DNA of 64,000 nt from Candidatus Hydrogenedentota bacterium (GTDB lineage Bacteria; Hydrogenedentota; Hydrogenedentia; Hydrogenedentales; JAEUWI01): the NCBI GenBank assembly GCA_034669905.1, contig JAXMOL010000034.1, forward strand, positions 21,716 through 85,715, in the 5' to 3' direction. Within the stretch, counting starts at the first letter, position 1; each line of letters starts with the position of its first letter. The translations under genes were made by a program, and so were the position numbers. Under the pieces are notes generated by a model. The model was given only the letters and a program-made list of their open reading frames with translations, was not told where the DNA came from and did no database searches. Below are positions 9,500 to 20,300 of this stretch, one piece after another.

Positions 9500-11157
9500 T
9501 GACGCTCCGGATTCAGAATTTCGCCCTCATCGAAACAGTAGAGATCGATTTTCAGGAGGGCTTCAACGCCCTGACCGGGGAAACGGGCGCGGGTAAATCC
9601 ATTCTCATTGGTGCGCTGAACCTGGCCCTCGGTGCCCGGGCCTCAGGCGATGTTTTGCGGGCCGGGGCCGACAAGGTCCAGATTGACGCCATCTTTCAAC
9701 TTGCCGCGCCGGGCACGCGTCTTCAGGCCTTGCTCGAGCAACACGAACTGGCCGGGGATTCCGACGAATTGCACCTCTCTCGTACCATCGCGAAAGATGG
9801 CCGAAGCCGGGGGTACATCAACGGTGCGCTGGTGCCCATCGCCGTTCTGTCCGCCATTGGTGATGAACTGGTGGATATCCACGGTCAGCATGATCATCAG
9901 TCCCTGCTCAAGTCAGAACGGCAGATGGAGTTGCTCGATGCGTTCGGTGGTACCGAGGCGGACACGGCCTCCATGCGGGAGGCGGTGGCGACCTACCGTG
10001 CCCTGGAGCAGGAAATCGCCACCCTCGAGTCGGACGATCGCGATCGCAGTCGCCAAATGGACTTCTTGCGCTTTGAAGTGGACGAAATTGACGGGGCGGG
10101 ACTCACGCCTGGTGAAGATGTGGAGCTGAAGGCCCGCATTAACCTGATTACGAACGCTGAAACCATTATTGAAGCGGCCCAGACCATCTATGGATTGCTC
10201 TTTGAGGGGGAAGACGGCGCCGCGATTGATCAACTTACCCGTGCCGCCCGCCATCTGGATGAACTGGTGGCCCTGGATGAGCGCTTTACCCCCCTGGCTA
10301 CCCAGTTGGCCGAGGCCCAGGCAACGATAGATGCCGTGGCCGGGGAGATCCGGGACTACACGGAGTCCATGGAATTCGATCCGCAGGAACTGGAAGAGCT
10401 TAATCAGCGAAACAGCCTATTGGGTGATCTGCGACGAAAATACGGCCAGACTATCGAAGAGATCCTGGCCTACCGGGAGCGAATCGCTTCAGAACTCGAA
10501 AGTTATGAGAATCGGGATGAGCACCTGGCCGCCATGCGGGCAGAGGCGAAGAAGCAGTTGGTCGCCATCACGGAAGCGGGTAAGAAGCTCAGCGAGAAAC
10601 GCCGTAAGGCCGGCCGTGCTTTGGAAAAGAAGGTGACGGCCGCGTTGCAGGATCTGGGGATGAAGGGCGCGCGCTTCGCCGCCAGCCTGGAGGCCGTTGA
10701 GCTGACGAGTACCGGCTTTGATCGGGCGACCTTTCAACTGGCCGCCAACCAGGGCGAGGCCCTCAAACCGATTAAGAGTGTGGCATCGGGCGGTGAGATT
10801 TCCCGTATCATGTTGGCGATCAAGACCGCGCTGGCCAGTGCCGACACCATTCCCACCCTTATTTTTGATGAGATTGACGCGGGTATCGGCGGGGATGTCG
10901 CCCGTATGGTGGCCCAGAAGATGAAGGCAGTGGCCGATTCTCATCAGGTTATGAGTGTGACCCACCTTGCCCAGATTGCCGCCGTGGCCGATGCCCACTT
11001 TACGGTGGCGAAGGCGACGAGCAAAGGGCGCACGAAGACGGCCGTTCACATGCTGACGGGCGCCGCGCGGGAAAAGGAAATTGCCCGCCTTTTGGATGGT
11101 TCCGTTTCTGGAGTCAGCCTGGAACATGCCCAGGTGTTGCTCGCTGGAGGTACGTAG
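9493..11157 (+). CDS. recN: DNA repair protein RecN
   Basis: GETGAGKS, IHGQHDHQ, SGGE, FDEID, VTHLAQIA. Confidence 0.95.
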   Translation: MLVTLRIQNFALIETVEIDFQEGFNALTGETGAGKSILIGALNLALGARASGDVLRAGADKVQIDAIFQLAAPGTRLQALLEQHELAGDSDELHLSRTIAKDGRSRGYINGALVPIAVLSAIGDELVDIHGQHDHQSLLKSERQMELLDAFGGTEADTASMREAVATYRALEQEIATLESDDRDRSRQMDFLRFEVDEIDGAGLTPGEDVELKARINLITNAETIIEAAQTIYGLLFEGEDGAAIDQLTRAARHLDELVALDERFTPLATQLAEAQATIDAVAGEIRDYTESMEFDPQELEELNQRNSLLGDLRRKYGQTIEEILAYRERIASELESYENRDEHLAAMRAEAKKQLVAITEAGKKLSEKRRKAGRALEKKVTAALQDLGMKGARFAASLEAVELTSTGFDRATFQLAANQGEALKPIKSVASGGEISRIMLAIKTALASADTIPTLIFDEIDAGIGGDVARMVAQKMKAVADSHQVMSVTHLAQIAAVADAHFTVAKATSKGRTKTAVHMLTGAAREKEIARLLDGSVSGVSLEHAQVLLAGGT

Positions 11158-11218
11158 GAGACGAGATTTGACATCATGAACCGAGACAGGACGTCGCATT
11201 GTATTTAAGGAGGTTGAT

Positions 11219-11323
11219 ATGGCCCGTATGCGAGTTAGCAGTAAACGTGTGTGCCCTTCCCTTGCGGTGAAAGGGCGAATCGTTCGTGTGAAGGTTACGT
11301 CCGGAAGGGGGATGGTGTCATGA
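11219..11323 (+). CDS. Putative 34-aa basic upstream ORF coupled to the MBL hydrolase gene
   Basis: TAAGGAGGT RBS; MARMRVSSKRVCPSLAVKGRIVRVKVTSGRGMVS; stop overlaps next start as ATGA. Confidence 0.4.
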   Translation: MARMRVSSKRVCPSLAVKGRIVRVKVTSGRGMVS

Positions 11324-12699
11324 AGTTCACGTCTTATGGTGCGGCCGAAGAAGTCACGGGGAGCAAGCACTTTCTCGAATTGAATGGGGCCCGGCTCCTT
11401 CTGGACTGTGGCATGTTTCAGGGGCGGCGCAAAGAATCTTCCGAGAAAAACCGACACTTCGGTTTTGACGTGGAGAGTATCAATGCCGTAATTCTGAGTC
11501 ACGCCCATATTGACCACAGCGGCCTCCTCCCCATGTTGTCGAAATTCGGCTATCGGGGCTGTGTCTATTGCACCCCTGCCACCCGCGACCTGTGCTCCAT
11601 CATGCTCCAGGACAGTGCCCGGATTCAGAAGCGGGACGCGGAGTGGCTGTCCAAGAAACACATGACCTTCTATCCGCCCCTCTACCACGATCAGGATGTG
11701 CGGGAAATCATGAAGCGCTTTGTCTCCGTGCCCTACGACGTTCGCTTTCCGGTGTTGCCCAACGTCTTTATGACCTTTCACGATGCGGGACACGTCCTGG
11801 GTTCGGCGATGGTCGAACTGGAATACGAGGAGAAAGGCGAGCGACGTCGTTTCCTCTTCAGCGGCGATATCGGACGTAAGAATATGGCCATTCTCGATGA
11901 CCCGTGGGAGCCCGGACCCGCTGATGTGGTGGTGATGGAGAGTACCTACGGCGATCGGGACCATGACCCCATGGAGCTCATGGAAGACAAGCTGGCCGGC
12001 TACATCAACGAAACCGTGGAGCGGGGTGGCAAGATGATTATCCCGTCCTTCGCACTGGAGCGTGCCCAGGAGCTGGTCTATGCCCTGAAACGCCTCGAGC
12101 TGAAAAATGCAATTCACGACATCCCGGTTATCGTCGACAGCCCCTTGACGGTAAATATCACGGAGGTGTTCCGGCTGCACACCGAGTCCTTCGATGCGGA
12201 GTTTCGCCGTCTTATGACGGAAAACGGAGATCCTTTCCAGTTGAAGAATATTCGCTACATCCGTTCACTCGAGGAATCGATTGCGCTGAATCGGCTCGAA
12301 GGGCCGGCCATCATTATTTCCGCTGCGGGCATGTGTGAACATGGGCGCATATTGCACCATCTGAAAAATCATTGCGGGAACCGAAAAAACCGGATACTCA
12401 TCATTGGATTCCAGGCGAAGAATACCTTGGGCCGACGCATCGTGGAGCGCAGTCGAACGATTCGGATTTTTGGTATGGATCATGATCTCTACGCCGATGT
12501 CCGCGTCATGAACGAGTTCAGCGCCCATGCCGGCCAGACCGAGCTCCTCGAGTTTGGCGAACGCTTCAAAGACTGTGCCGAAAAAGTGCTCCTCGTGCAC
12601 GGGGAACCGGATGCGATGAAGTCGCTTCAGGACGGCTTGAAAAAGCGGGGTGTGGAGAATGTTATGATTCCCAAAGAGGGAATGACCCTTGATGTCTGA
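11320..12699 (+). CDS. Metallo-beta-lactamase fold/beta-CASP ribonuclease
   Basis: GAAEEVTGS, SHAHIDHSG, AGHVLGS, ESTYG, FSAHA, LVHGE; start reassigned to ATG 11320. Confidence 0.9.
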   Translation: MKFTSYGAAEEVTGSKHFLELNGARLLLDCGMFQGRRKESSEKNRHFGFDVESINAVILSHAHIDHSGLLPMLSKFGYRGCVYCTPATRDLCSIMLQDSARIQKRDAEWLSKKHMTFYPPLYHDQDVREIMKRFVSVPYDVRFPVLPNVFMTFHDAGHVLGSAMVELEYEEKGERRRFLFSGDIGRKNMAILDDPWEPGPADVVVMESTYGDRDHDPMELMEDKLAGYINETVERGGKMIIPSFALERAQELVYALKRLELKNAIHDIPVIVDSPLTVNITEVFRLHTESFDAEFRRLMTENGDPFQLKNIRYIRSLEESIALNRLEGPAIIISAAGMCEHGRILHHLKNHCGNRKNRILIIGFQAKNTLGRRIVERSRTIRIFGMDHDLYADVRVMNEFSAHAGQTELLEFGERFKDCAEKVLLVHGEPDAMKSLQDGLKKRGVENVMIPKEGMTLDV

Positions 12700-12720
12700 T
12701 GATGAACGGCAGGTACCGCA

Positions 12721-13524
12721 ATGGAACATGAAGCACTCAAGAATATTCTGACCGAGATTGAAGATGGTAAGGTGGCCGAGGCCCGACTGGCGCTCCGCCC
12801 CTACCTGACCGCGCCCCATGACGCACCTTCTCATGAGGTGCGCTATCTCTTAGGCCGGGCCTGGTTTGAGGAAGACAAGGCGACGGCCCGCTATCTCTTT
12901 GAGGCGGCGCTGGCGATTCAGTCGGACTTCGCCCCGGCGGGCCAATACGAGGCCCGCTGCGGATCGGCCCTGGAAGATCTGGAGGCCTTCAACGATGCGC
13001 GCCACCCTGCCTGCGACGCCTGTGGTTTGCGCTATCGCGATCACGAAGCCTTTTGCCCTTATTGCGGCAGCGCGGTTGCCCCTCCCCGGGACCAATCGGA
13101 TGGCTCCATCGAGGATCAGCTTCGCAACGCGGGGCAGGACGTGGTGGACACCTTACGAACTTTTTCCGAGCGAGAAGACGTCAAACAGGCGAAAGAGAAA
13201 GTGGTGCACGCCGGGCAGCACGCCTACGACAAGGCCAAGGAGTTGGCAGAGAGCGAAAAAGCCCGGGAGCTGCGGGGAAAAGCAGAGGTACTCGGTCAGC
13301 GCGCAGCCGCCAAAGCGAAAGAAATAAGTGAGCGCAAAGAAGTGAAGGATGCGGTACACCAGGTACAGGAGTCGTCCACCCACTTCTTGGGGAAGGTGCA
13401 GGAATATCTGGCGACCGAACAAAAACGCATCAATGAGGCACAGGGTCCCGAAAAGGCAACGCTTATCGCAAAATGGGTCGGGATTATTCTGGTTATCCTT
13501 CTTGTCTTACGGTGGATCTTCTAG
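12721..13524 (+). CDS. Hypothetical protein: TPR-like region, zinc ribbon, helical repeats, C-terminal TM
   Basis: YLLGRAW..AARYLFEAAL-like TPR segment; CDAC..CPYCG; KAKE-type repeats; hydrophobic C-terminus. Confidence 0.7.
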   Translation: MEHEALKNILTEIEDGKVAEARLALRPYLTAPHDAPSHEVRYLLGRAWFEEDKATARYLFEAALAIQSDFAPAGQYEARCGSALEDLEAFNDARHPACDACGLRYRDHEAFCPYCGSAVAPPRDQSDGSIEDQLRNAGQDVVDTLRTFSEREDVKQAKEKVVHAGQHAYDKAKELAESEKARELRGKAEVLGQRAAAKAKEISERKEVKDAVHQVQESSTHFLGKVQEYLATEQKRINEAQGPEKATLIAKWVGIILVILLVLRWIF

Positions 13525-13601
13525 GGGGGCTTTCCACGGGCCATGCCCGGCAGCGGGCGTCCCTGTTGCCGGCAGCGGCCCGCTGCTCCCCTCGGTTGGA
13601 C

Positions 13602-14483
13602 CTATCCCGCAATCGGGCAAACATCGACGGCCACCTCGAGGCGCTGTCCTCCCCCGCCCAGAATGACCCCCCGCATGGGACTCACTTCACCGTAGTTTCT
13701 CCCCCACGCTACGGTTATATGCTCCACAGTGGGCAGCACGTTGTTGGTGGGATCGAGATCAACCCATCCGAGCGTGGGCACATAGAGTGACAGCCAGGCG
13801 TGTGAGGCCTGGGCCCCAACAAAAGTCGCGCCGGTATCCGCATGTTTGGGGGCCACGTAGCCGCTGACATAGCGGGCAGCCAGGCCCAAGGCCCGAAGAC
13901 AGCCAATCTGCAGGTGAGCAAAGTCCTGGCAGACCCCCCGCTTCTTGTGGAGCGTTTCCTCCACGGGGGTTGTGACTGTCGTCGCCGACGGGTCGTAGGC
14001 GAATTCCCTATAGATGCGTTCCATCAGGTTACGCGCACCCACCAACACGGGCGCACCGGTTGGGAAAGAGGGCTTGGCGAAGCTCCGCAAGGCCCGGGAA
14101 ACGGCGATACTTTCCGAGGGATAACGAAAACGACAGGCCGCCCTGTCCAATGGATTGGCAGGGCATTGCAGGGATTCGACAACAGCCTCCCATGGAAGCG
14201 TATCCTCTGCAGGTGGCGGTGTGTGTGGGGTCAGCCATACTTCGCTACGGGCCGTGACCTCCAGGACGCGGTGCTGTTCCTGAATCGTGAAACTGACGAT
14301 TTCATTGCCGTAATAATCGTGTCCCCGATGACCGAAGACCGCGGGTACGGGGTCGATTTCCAGGTGAGAGCGCAGGCATTGTTGTTGGGCCGTGTTCCGT
14401 GGGGTGAGATAGACCCGGTTGTATCCGATAGGTACGGCACCGTCATAGGTGTAGCGCGTGGTGTGGGCAATTCGGTATTTCAT
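13602..14483 (-). CDS. Transglutaminase-like protein with bacterial N-terminal domain
   Basis: YRIAHTTRYTY N-terminus; GVCQDFAH, ARYVSGY, SHAW, DPTN catalytic motifs. Confidence 0.92.
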   Translation of the reverse strand: MKYRIAHTTRYTYDGAVPIGYNRVYLTPRNTAQQQCLRSHLEIDPVPAVFGHRGHDYYGNEIVSFTIQEQHRVLEVTARSEVWLTPHTPPPAEDTLPWEAVVESLQCPANPLDRAACRFRYPSESIAVSRALRSFAKPSFPTGAPVLVGARNLMERIYREFAYDPSATTVTTPVEETLHKKRGVCQDFAHLQIGCLRALGLAARYVSGYVAPKHADTGATFVGAQASHAWLSLYVPTLGWVDLDPTNNVLPTVEHITVAWGRNYGEVSPMRGVILGGGGQRLEVAVDVCPIAG

Positions 14484-17110
14484 GGGGTGGGCTCCCCGGA
14501 GCCGAAACCGACCAGCGGTCGGAGTGGTGCGGTGTGGATAAAGTAACGTTGTTCCAAGAGATTGGCGAAACGGGGCAGGTCATGCTGGCACGCATCCAGC
14601 AAGCGCTGGAGGGCCTCCCGTGCTCCCTGCTCATTCGGGGCGGCCAACAGGTTGGCATCGGTCGTGCGAATGCGGGTGTTGAGTCGCTCGATGATCCGTT
14701 CCTCCTCATTGAACAAGCCCGCCCCACCGACATCGGGAAGCCATCGGAGTTGTTTTACGATGCGTTGCAGCTGGTAGGCCACGCTGCGGGGGTTGGTGTC
14801 ATCGCAAATGAGCAGGTCGATCACCGGAGCGGCCTGGAAGACGTTCCCATAGCGCGCGCGATAGGTCATCGGGCTGTCACAAATCGACAGCAGGGCCTGG
14901 AGCAGGGCTTCCTCGTTATCCGTCCGTTGTTCCAGGGTGCGAAATACGAGGTGGGCCGTATGACTGCTGCGTTCCAGACGCTGGCCCATGTCGAGAAAGA
15001 GTTGGCCGGATTCCCGGGTCATGTTCTCGCGAAGCAGACCATTGAAGGCGGCAAAGCCCTTGACGAGTTGATTCAACGCATACAGGACTTCCCCCAGGGC
15101 CGGGCGGGAGCGCCGTTCCTGAAGTTGTATGAACTCCAGGGTGAAACTGTTCAGGATGCGCCAGTCGTCCTCCGAGAACCGTTCGCGTACGACCCATGCA
15201 GTCCGTCGCACTGCGAGGATATTGCTGGCGATGCTATTGGGCTGTTGCGCGTTGAATACCGCTTCAAAGACAACTTCTTGAATACGATCCAGGGACCGCA
15301 ACCAATCGTAGCCTTCGCCCGGGGACCCATTCTCGTCGGTCCAGGCGGCGGAGAGTTTGGTGTCGGCACGCTTGGAAAAGAGTCCCATGGGCGCGGCACG
15401 CAAAAGATTCTGTAGGGCTCCCATACTGCGATAACCCGCTTCATCGGAGCATTGGTTCAGCAAGTGACGGACGTAGCGTACCGTGGCCTCGGTACGCTCG
15501 CAGTACCGCCCGAGCCACAAGAGATTTTCGGCCAGTCTGCTGGAAAGGTTTCGGGGGGAACGCCGCAAGGCCAGGGGCGTGCCCTTGTCTCGGAGCAGGC
15601 TGGTGAAGGGGGCCTTCCCTTCGGAAAGCACCCAGACATCCTTGCTGCCACACCCCTGTTGCATCGATATGTCGAAGGTGTGGGTGTGGGGACTGACCCG
15701 GGCCAGGCCGCCCGGCAAAACCCGGATACTGTCTTCATCCCGTCCGCCGGTGGCGTAGACACGCAGCACCAGGCTGTTGGGCACCAATTGGCCGTTGGTG
15801 AAAACCGGAATGGTCGAAGGGGTGACCGGTTCGACGGCCACGAATTCATAGGGGCGTTCCCGCCATTCCGCATAGCGCTGGTCACGTTCTTCCCGGGACA
15901 TCTGCGCAACGGGGAGCGCCTTCTCCACGCCGTGAAAGGCCGACTGGAGATGGAGGGAGTCGAAATGGGCCTCCATCCACTCCCGGTCGGATTCGATGGC
16001 GCCCCACCGGGTCGGTGTCGAGGAGAGCAGTAATTCTTCGCCCAGGAGCCGTCGCGCGACGGCCGGAAGGACTGCACTCAGTGCCGCCACCTCCAAGAGG
16101 CCGCTGCCCACACTGTTGCACACGGTGACGTTGCCGGCCCGTACCGCGCCCAGTAGTCCGGAGATACCGAGGATCGAATCCCGCCGCAGTTCGAGGGGAT
16201 CGCTGAAGGCGTCATCGACCCGACGGAGCAACACATCAACCCGCTTCAACCCCTCGATGGTCTTGAGGTAGACGTAGTTGTCGCGTACCGTGAGGTCCGC
16301 CCCTTCGAGCAGGTTGATTCCAAGATAGCGGGCAAGATAAACATGCTCGAAATACACTTCGTTGAGCGGGCCGGGCGTGTGTAGAACCACGGTGGGTTCG
16401 GCCTTGTCGCCGGGTGCGATATCCACCAGGGCATTCCGGAAGGTATCGAAAAAGTCTGCAAGCCGTTCTATCTTTCCCTCAGAAAAAAGTTGGGGCAACA
16501 CCTGCGCGAGGATGACCCGGTTTTCCAAGGCGTAGCCCGTGCCGGATGGGGCCTGGGTACGATCACTATAGACCGTCCATTCGCCACTGGGACTGCGCAC
16601 CAGGTCGACGGCGTATCGGGCAATATGCCCGTGGGGTGTTGAGGGAATGCCATGGCAAACCCGCTGAAACTGTGGATTGGCATGGACGAAGGCGTCTGGG
16701 ACCACCTCTTCTTCGAGCAGCGTCTGCTCCCCATACAGGTCGGCCAGCATGCCGTTCAGTGCGGCCAGTCGTTGCTTTACCCCCTTCTCAATATGCTCCC
16801 ACTCGGCCCGGGGGATTACTACGGGAAACAGATCGAGTGCCCAGGGGCGATCCATACCCTTCGCGTCACTATAGACGTTGTAAACGATCCCGTGTTGGCG
16901 GACGATTTCCTCCGCCTCCCGTCCGTAGTCATTGAGGCCCTGGACGCCGGTCGTTCCGAGGGCGTCCACAAACCATTGCCAATGAGGCCGTACATCGCCC
17001 CTGCCGTTTAGTAGCTCGTCGTGTCCTTTTGCTACCGTGCGGTAGGATTCGAGGAGTTTCAGCAAGGTGTCAGACGGAGCCCCGTCCCAGCTTTTTTGTT
17101 GTTGTCGCAT
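14480..17110 (-). CDS. Circularly permuted type 2 ATP-grasp protein fused to alpha-E domain
   Basis: DRTQAPSGTGYALENR, YFEHVYLARYLG, RRVDD, GGLARV, GSKDVWV; then LWLGRYCER and GQRLER alpha-E ER motifs. Confidence 0.92.
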   Translation of the reverse strand: MRQQQKSWDGAPSDTLLKLLESYRTVAKGHDELLNGRGDVRPHWQWFVDALGTTGVQGLNDYGREAEEIVRQHGIVYNVYSDAKGMDRPWALDLFPVVIPRAEWEHIEKGVKQRLAALNGMLADLYGEQTLLEEEVVPDAFVHANPQFQRVCHGIPSTPHGHIARYAVDLVRSPSGEWTVYSDRTQAPSGTGYALENRVILAQVLPQLFSEGKIERLADFFDTFRNALVDIAPGDKAEPTVVLHTPGPLNEVYFEHVYLARYLGINLLEGADLTVRDNYVYLKTIEGLKRVDVLLRRVDDAFSDPLELRRDSILGISGLLGAVRAGNVTVCNSVGSGLLEVAALSAVLPAVARRLLGEELLLSSTPTRWGAIESDREWMEAHFDSLHLQSAFHGVEKALPVAQMSREERDQRYAEWRERPYEFVAVEPVTPSTIPVFTNGQLVPNSLVLRVYATGGRDEDSIRVLPGGLARVSPHTHTFDISMQQGCGSKDVWVLSEGKAPFTSLLRDKGTPLALRRSPRNLSSRLAENLLWLGRYCERTEATVRYVRHLLNQCSDEAGYRSMGALQNLLRAAPMGLFSKRADTKLSAAWTDENGSPGEGYDWLRSLDRIQEVVFEAVFNAQQPNSIASNILAVRRTAWVVRERFSEDDWRILNSFTLEFIQLQERRSRPALGEVLYALNQLVKGFAAFNGLLRENMTRESGQLFLDMGQRLERSSHTAHLVFRTLEQRTDNEEALLQALLSICDSPMTYRARYGNVFQAAPVIDLLICDDTNPRSVAYQLQRIVKQLRWLPDVGGAGLFNEEERIIERLNTRIRTTDANLLAAPNEQGAREALQRLLDACQHDLPRFANLLEQRYFIHTAPLRPLVGFGSGEPTP

Positions 17111-17154
17111 AGATAAAAACCCATTACCAGTTGATTAATCTCCGTAGAGCTCTA

Positions 17155-17170
17155 TGCAATTGTTATGCCA
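17155..17170 (-). promoter_or_regulatory. Sigma54 (-24/-12) promoter, leftward
   Basis: Minus strand reads TGGCAT-AACAA-TTGCA (GG-N10-GC). Confidence 0.75.
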
Positions 17171-17181
17171 TGAATCGGTGG

Positions 17182-17197
17182 TGGCACACTACTTGCT
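17182..17197 (+). promoter_or_regulatory. Sigma54 (-24/-12) promoter, rightward
   Basis: TGGCAC-ACTAC-TTGCT, a full match to TGGCAC-N5-TTGCW. Confidence 0.8.
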
Positions 17198-17365
17198 TTC
17201 TTGTCCTCACAGGCAACGTGCAGGGATACGCTTCTCAGGAAGTGCCGTTGTTCTGGCTTGGACGAAACCCCGCTCCCTCCCACTGTCAGTTCGTGGGAGA
17301 AAGGGACGGTAGCATATGAGAGCTGGGAGGCGCCAGACGCGCCCCCGAGAGAAGGGCAATTGGTT

Positions 17366-20300
17366 ATGGGTGTTCGGATAGCGTTGCATCACCGGACCTG
17401 TTATGAGTATGACCGTTTAGTAAGATTGGCTCCCCACGTTGTGCGCTTGCGGCCGGCCCCGCATTGTCGCACCGCCGTTAACAGCTATGCCCTGAAGGTG
17501 CAGCCGCGCGATCACTTTTTGAACTGGCAACAGGACCCCCACGGAAACTACCTGGCGCGCCTCGTCTTTCAAGAGCCTGCCGATTCCCTTATTGTGGATG
17601 TGGATCTGGTGGCCGAGTTGTCGGTGTTTAATCCCTTCGACTTCTTTCTGGAAGACGATGCTTGCTTCTTCCCGTTTCAGTACGACCCCGCGACCTTGAA
17701 AGATCTGGCGCCCTACCTGGTGGTGGAAGCGCCCCAGGCGCAACTGCGTCGCTACCTCGCGTCCATACCGCGCACCAAACAGCCCGTGATGGATTTCGTG
17801 GTCGCCATCATCGACAAGCTCAGTAAGGACGTCCACTATAATGTTCGGATGGAACCGGGTGTCCAGACCTGTGAGGAAACCCTCACAGCAGGCAGCGGTT
17901 CGTGTCGCGACTCTGCCTGGCTTCTTGTTCAGATATTACGCAACCTCGGAATGGCCGCCCGATTCGTCAGTGGGTATTTGATTCAACTCGTCCCGGATGA
18001 GGCACCACTGGATGGCCCGGCCGGACCGACGCAGGATTTTACCGACCTGCATGCCTGGGCGGAAGTCTACTTGCCTGGCGCCGGTTGGGTGGGCCTTGAT
18101 CCCACGTCAGGTTTGCTCGCGGGCGAAGGCCACCTTCCACTGGCGTCGACACCCGATCCGGTATCCGCAGCTCCCATTTCCGGGGCAACGGATAGGGCCG
18201 AGACCCAGTTCACTTTCGATATGTCGGTGCGCCGGGTTTTCGAGTCTCCCCGGGTTACCAAGCCCTTCTCCAACCGGCAGTGGGAAGCCATTGAGCTGCT
18301 CGGGTTCCGTGTGGATCAGAAGATGGAGGCCCAGGGAATTGGTCTCACGATGGGCGGTGAGCCGACGTTCGTTTCCGCGGTTGACCGGGAAAGCGCCGCG
18401 TGGCACACCGACGCGATGAGCGATACCAAGTACAACCTGGCCCACAAACTCTTTGAACGCCTGGTAAAAAAGTTCACCCAACAGCCCCTGCTCCATATGG
18501 GGCAGGGAAAATGGTACCCCGGAGAACCGATCCCCCGTTGGTCCATGGATGCCTTTTGGAGTGTGAATGGCGCGCCACTCTGGCGCGACGCGCGCTGGCT
18601 TGCCAATCCGCTGCGCGACTATGGGATGGAGATCGACGATGCGAAAGTCTTTGGTGCCCATCTGGCCGCGTTGCTTGGCGTAGCTGCTGACAACTTGTGC
18701 CCGGCCTATGAGGACACGTTCTATTATTTGTGGAAAGAGCGTCGCCTTCCCATTGGCACCGATCCCCTTGACAGTAAGTTGGAGGACCCACTCGAGCGCA
18801 ACCGATTGGCGCGGATATTCGAACGTGGACTGGACAGTGTCACGGGATATGTGCTGCCGTTGGAGGCTACACACCTGGGCGACGATGTCCGCTGGAAGAG
18901 TACGTCGTGGTCCGTGCGTTCGGAGCGACTCTACCTGCTTCCCGGTGACTCTGCCATGGGCTATCGCCTTCCCCTGGATTCCCTGCCGTGGGAGCCCGAG
19001 GAGCGGCGACGCACCGTATTGGAGCGTGATCCAATGGCGACTCCGCCCGGCGGCGCTGAGGTGCCCTTCGTTATTCAGGAGCACGATGGGGCCCTTCCCA
19101 CCCTGGCTCCCCATCCAGACGACGACGGCTCGGCGGGCTATGTGCGCACGGCCCTCTGTCTGGAAGCCCGTGATGGTCGTCTTCATGTGTTTATGCCGCC
19201 CGTGTCGCGCTCCGAAGATTATTTTACGCTGGTACGTGCCGTGGAGAATACCGCCAGCGCGCTGGAGTGTGCGGTGATTATTGAAGGGTATACCCCGCCC
19301 CACGATCCACGGGTACGGCGCTTCAGTGTGCAGCCCGATCCGGGAGTCATTGAGGTCAACATACATCCGGCCCACAACTGGGAAGAGCTGCGTTTTATCA
19401 CGACCACGCTCTATGAGGAAGCCCGTCAGTGTCGATTGAGTGCGGAGAAATTCGGGCTCGATGGCCGCGCTTCCGGCACGGGGGGCGGCTGTCACATGGT
19501 GCTGGGCGCGGCCACGCCGCAGGAGAGCCCCTTCTTGCGTCGCCCTGATCTGCTCCGCAGTATGCTGGCCTTCTGGAACAATCACCCGAGTCTTTCCTAC
19601 CTGTTTAGTGGCACCTTCATTGGGCCTACAAGTCAGGCCCCCCGTATCGATGAGGCCCGGAACGATGCCGTCGGGGAACTCGAAATCGCCTTTGCCAATC
19701 TGTCCAATGAGGAGAACCCGCCGCCCTGGTTGGTGGATCGCACCTTTCGAAATATTCTGGTGGATATTACGGGCAATACCCACCGGGCGGAGTTCTGCAT
19801 TGACAAGCTGTTTTCCCCCGACTCGGCGACGGGACGACTGGGATTGCTTGAACTGCGGGCCTTCGAAATGGCCCCCCATCCGCGCATGAATCTGTTGCAG
19901 CAGTTGCTGATACGCGCGTTGGTGGCGGCATTCTGGAAGAGTCCCTACGATTTTCCGCTCGTACGGTGGAATACCTCACTCCACGACCGGCACGTTCTTC
20001 CGTACTACGTCTGGCAGGATTTCCAGGACGTCCTGGAAAACTTGCGTCGACAGAATATTGCGTTTGACTCGGCCTGGTTCGGACCCCAGTTTGAATTCCG
20101 CTTTCCACACTACGGCGAAGTGACCTACGCGGGCGTCCGGATGGAGCTGCGTGGGGCGTTGGAGCCGTGGCACGTCCTCGGGGAGCAGCCCGGTCCGGGG
20201 GGAACCGCCCGGTTTGTGGATAGCTCCCTTGACCGGGTCCAACTGCTGGTTCAGGGGCTGGTAGACCGGCGTCACGTCGTCGCCTGCAATGGTATCGAGG

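Noticed and set aside
11219..11323. uORF as a ribosomal protein L28 remnant
   Set aside because: Only compositional resemblance; the GNxxSH and PN motifs are absent
10489..12180. Long antisense ORFs (also 18107-19879, 20491-22140, 27567-28832, 36162-37667, 47190-48392)
   Set aside because: They lie opposite well-supported genes and lack motifs; typical shadow ORFs of GC-rich coding sequence
17198..17365. Possible riboswitch in the leader of the DUF2126 gene
   Set aside because: Only one hairpin (TCCCAC/GTGGGA) and no recognisable aptamer consensus
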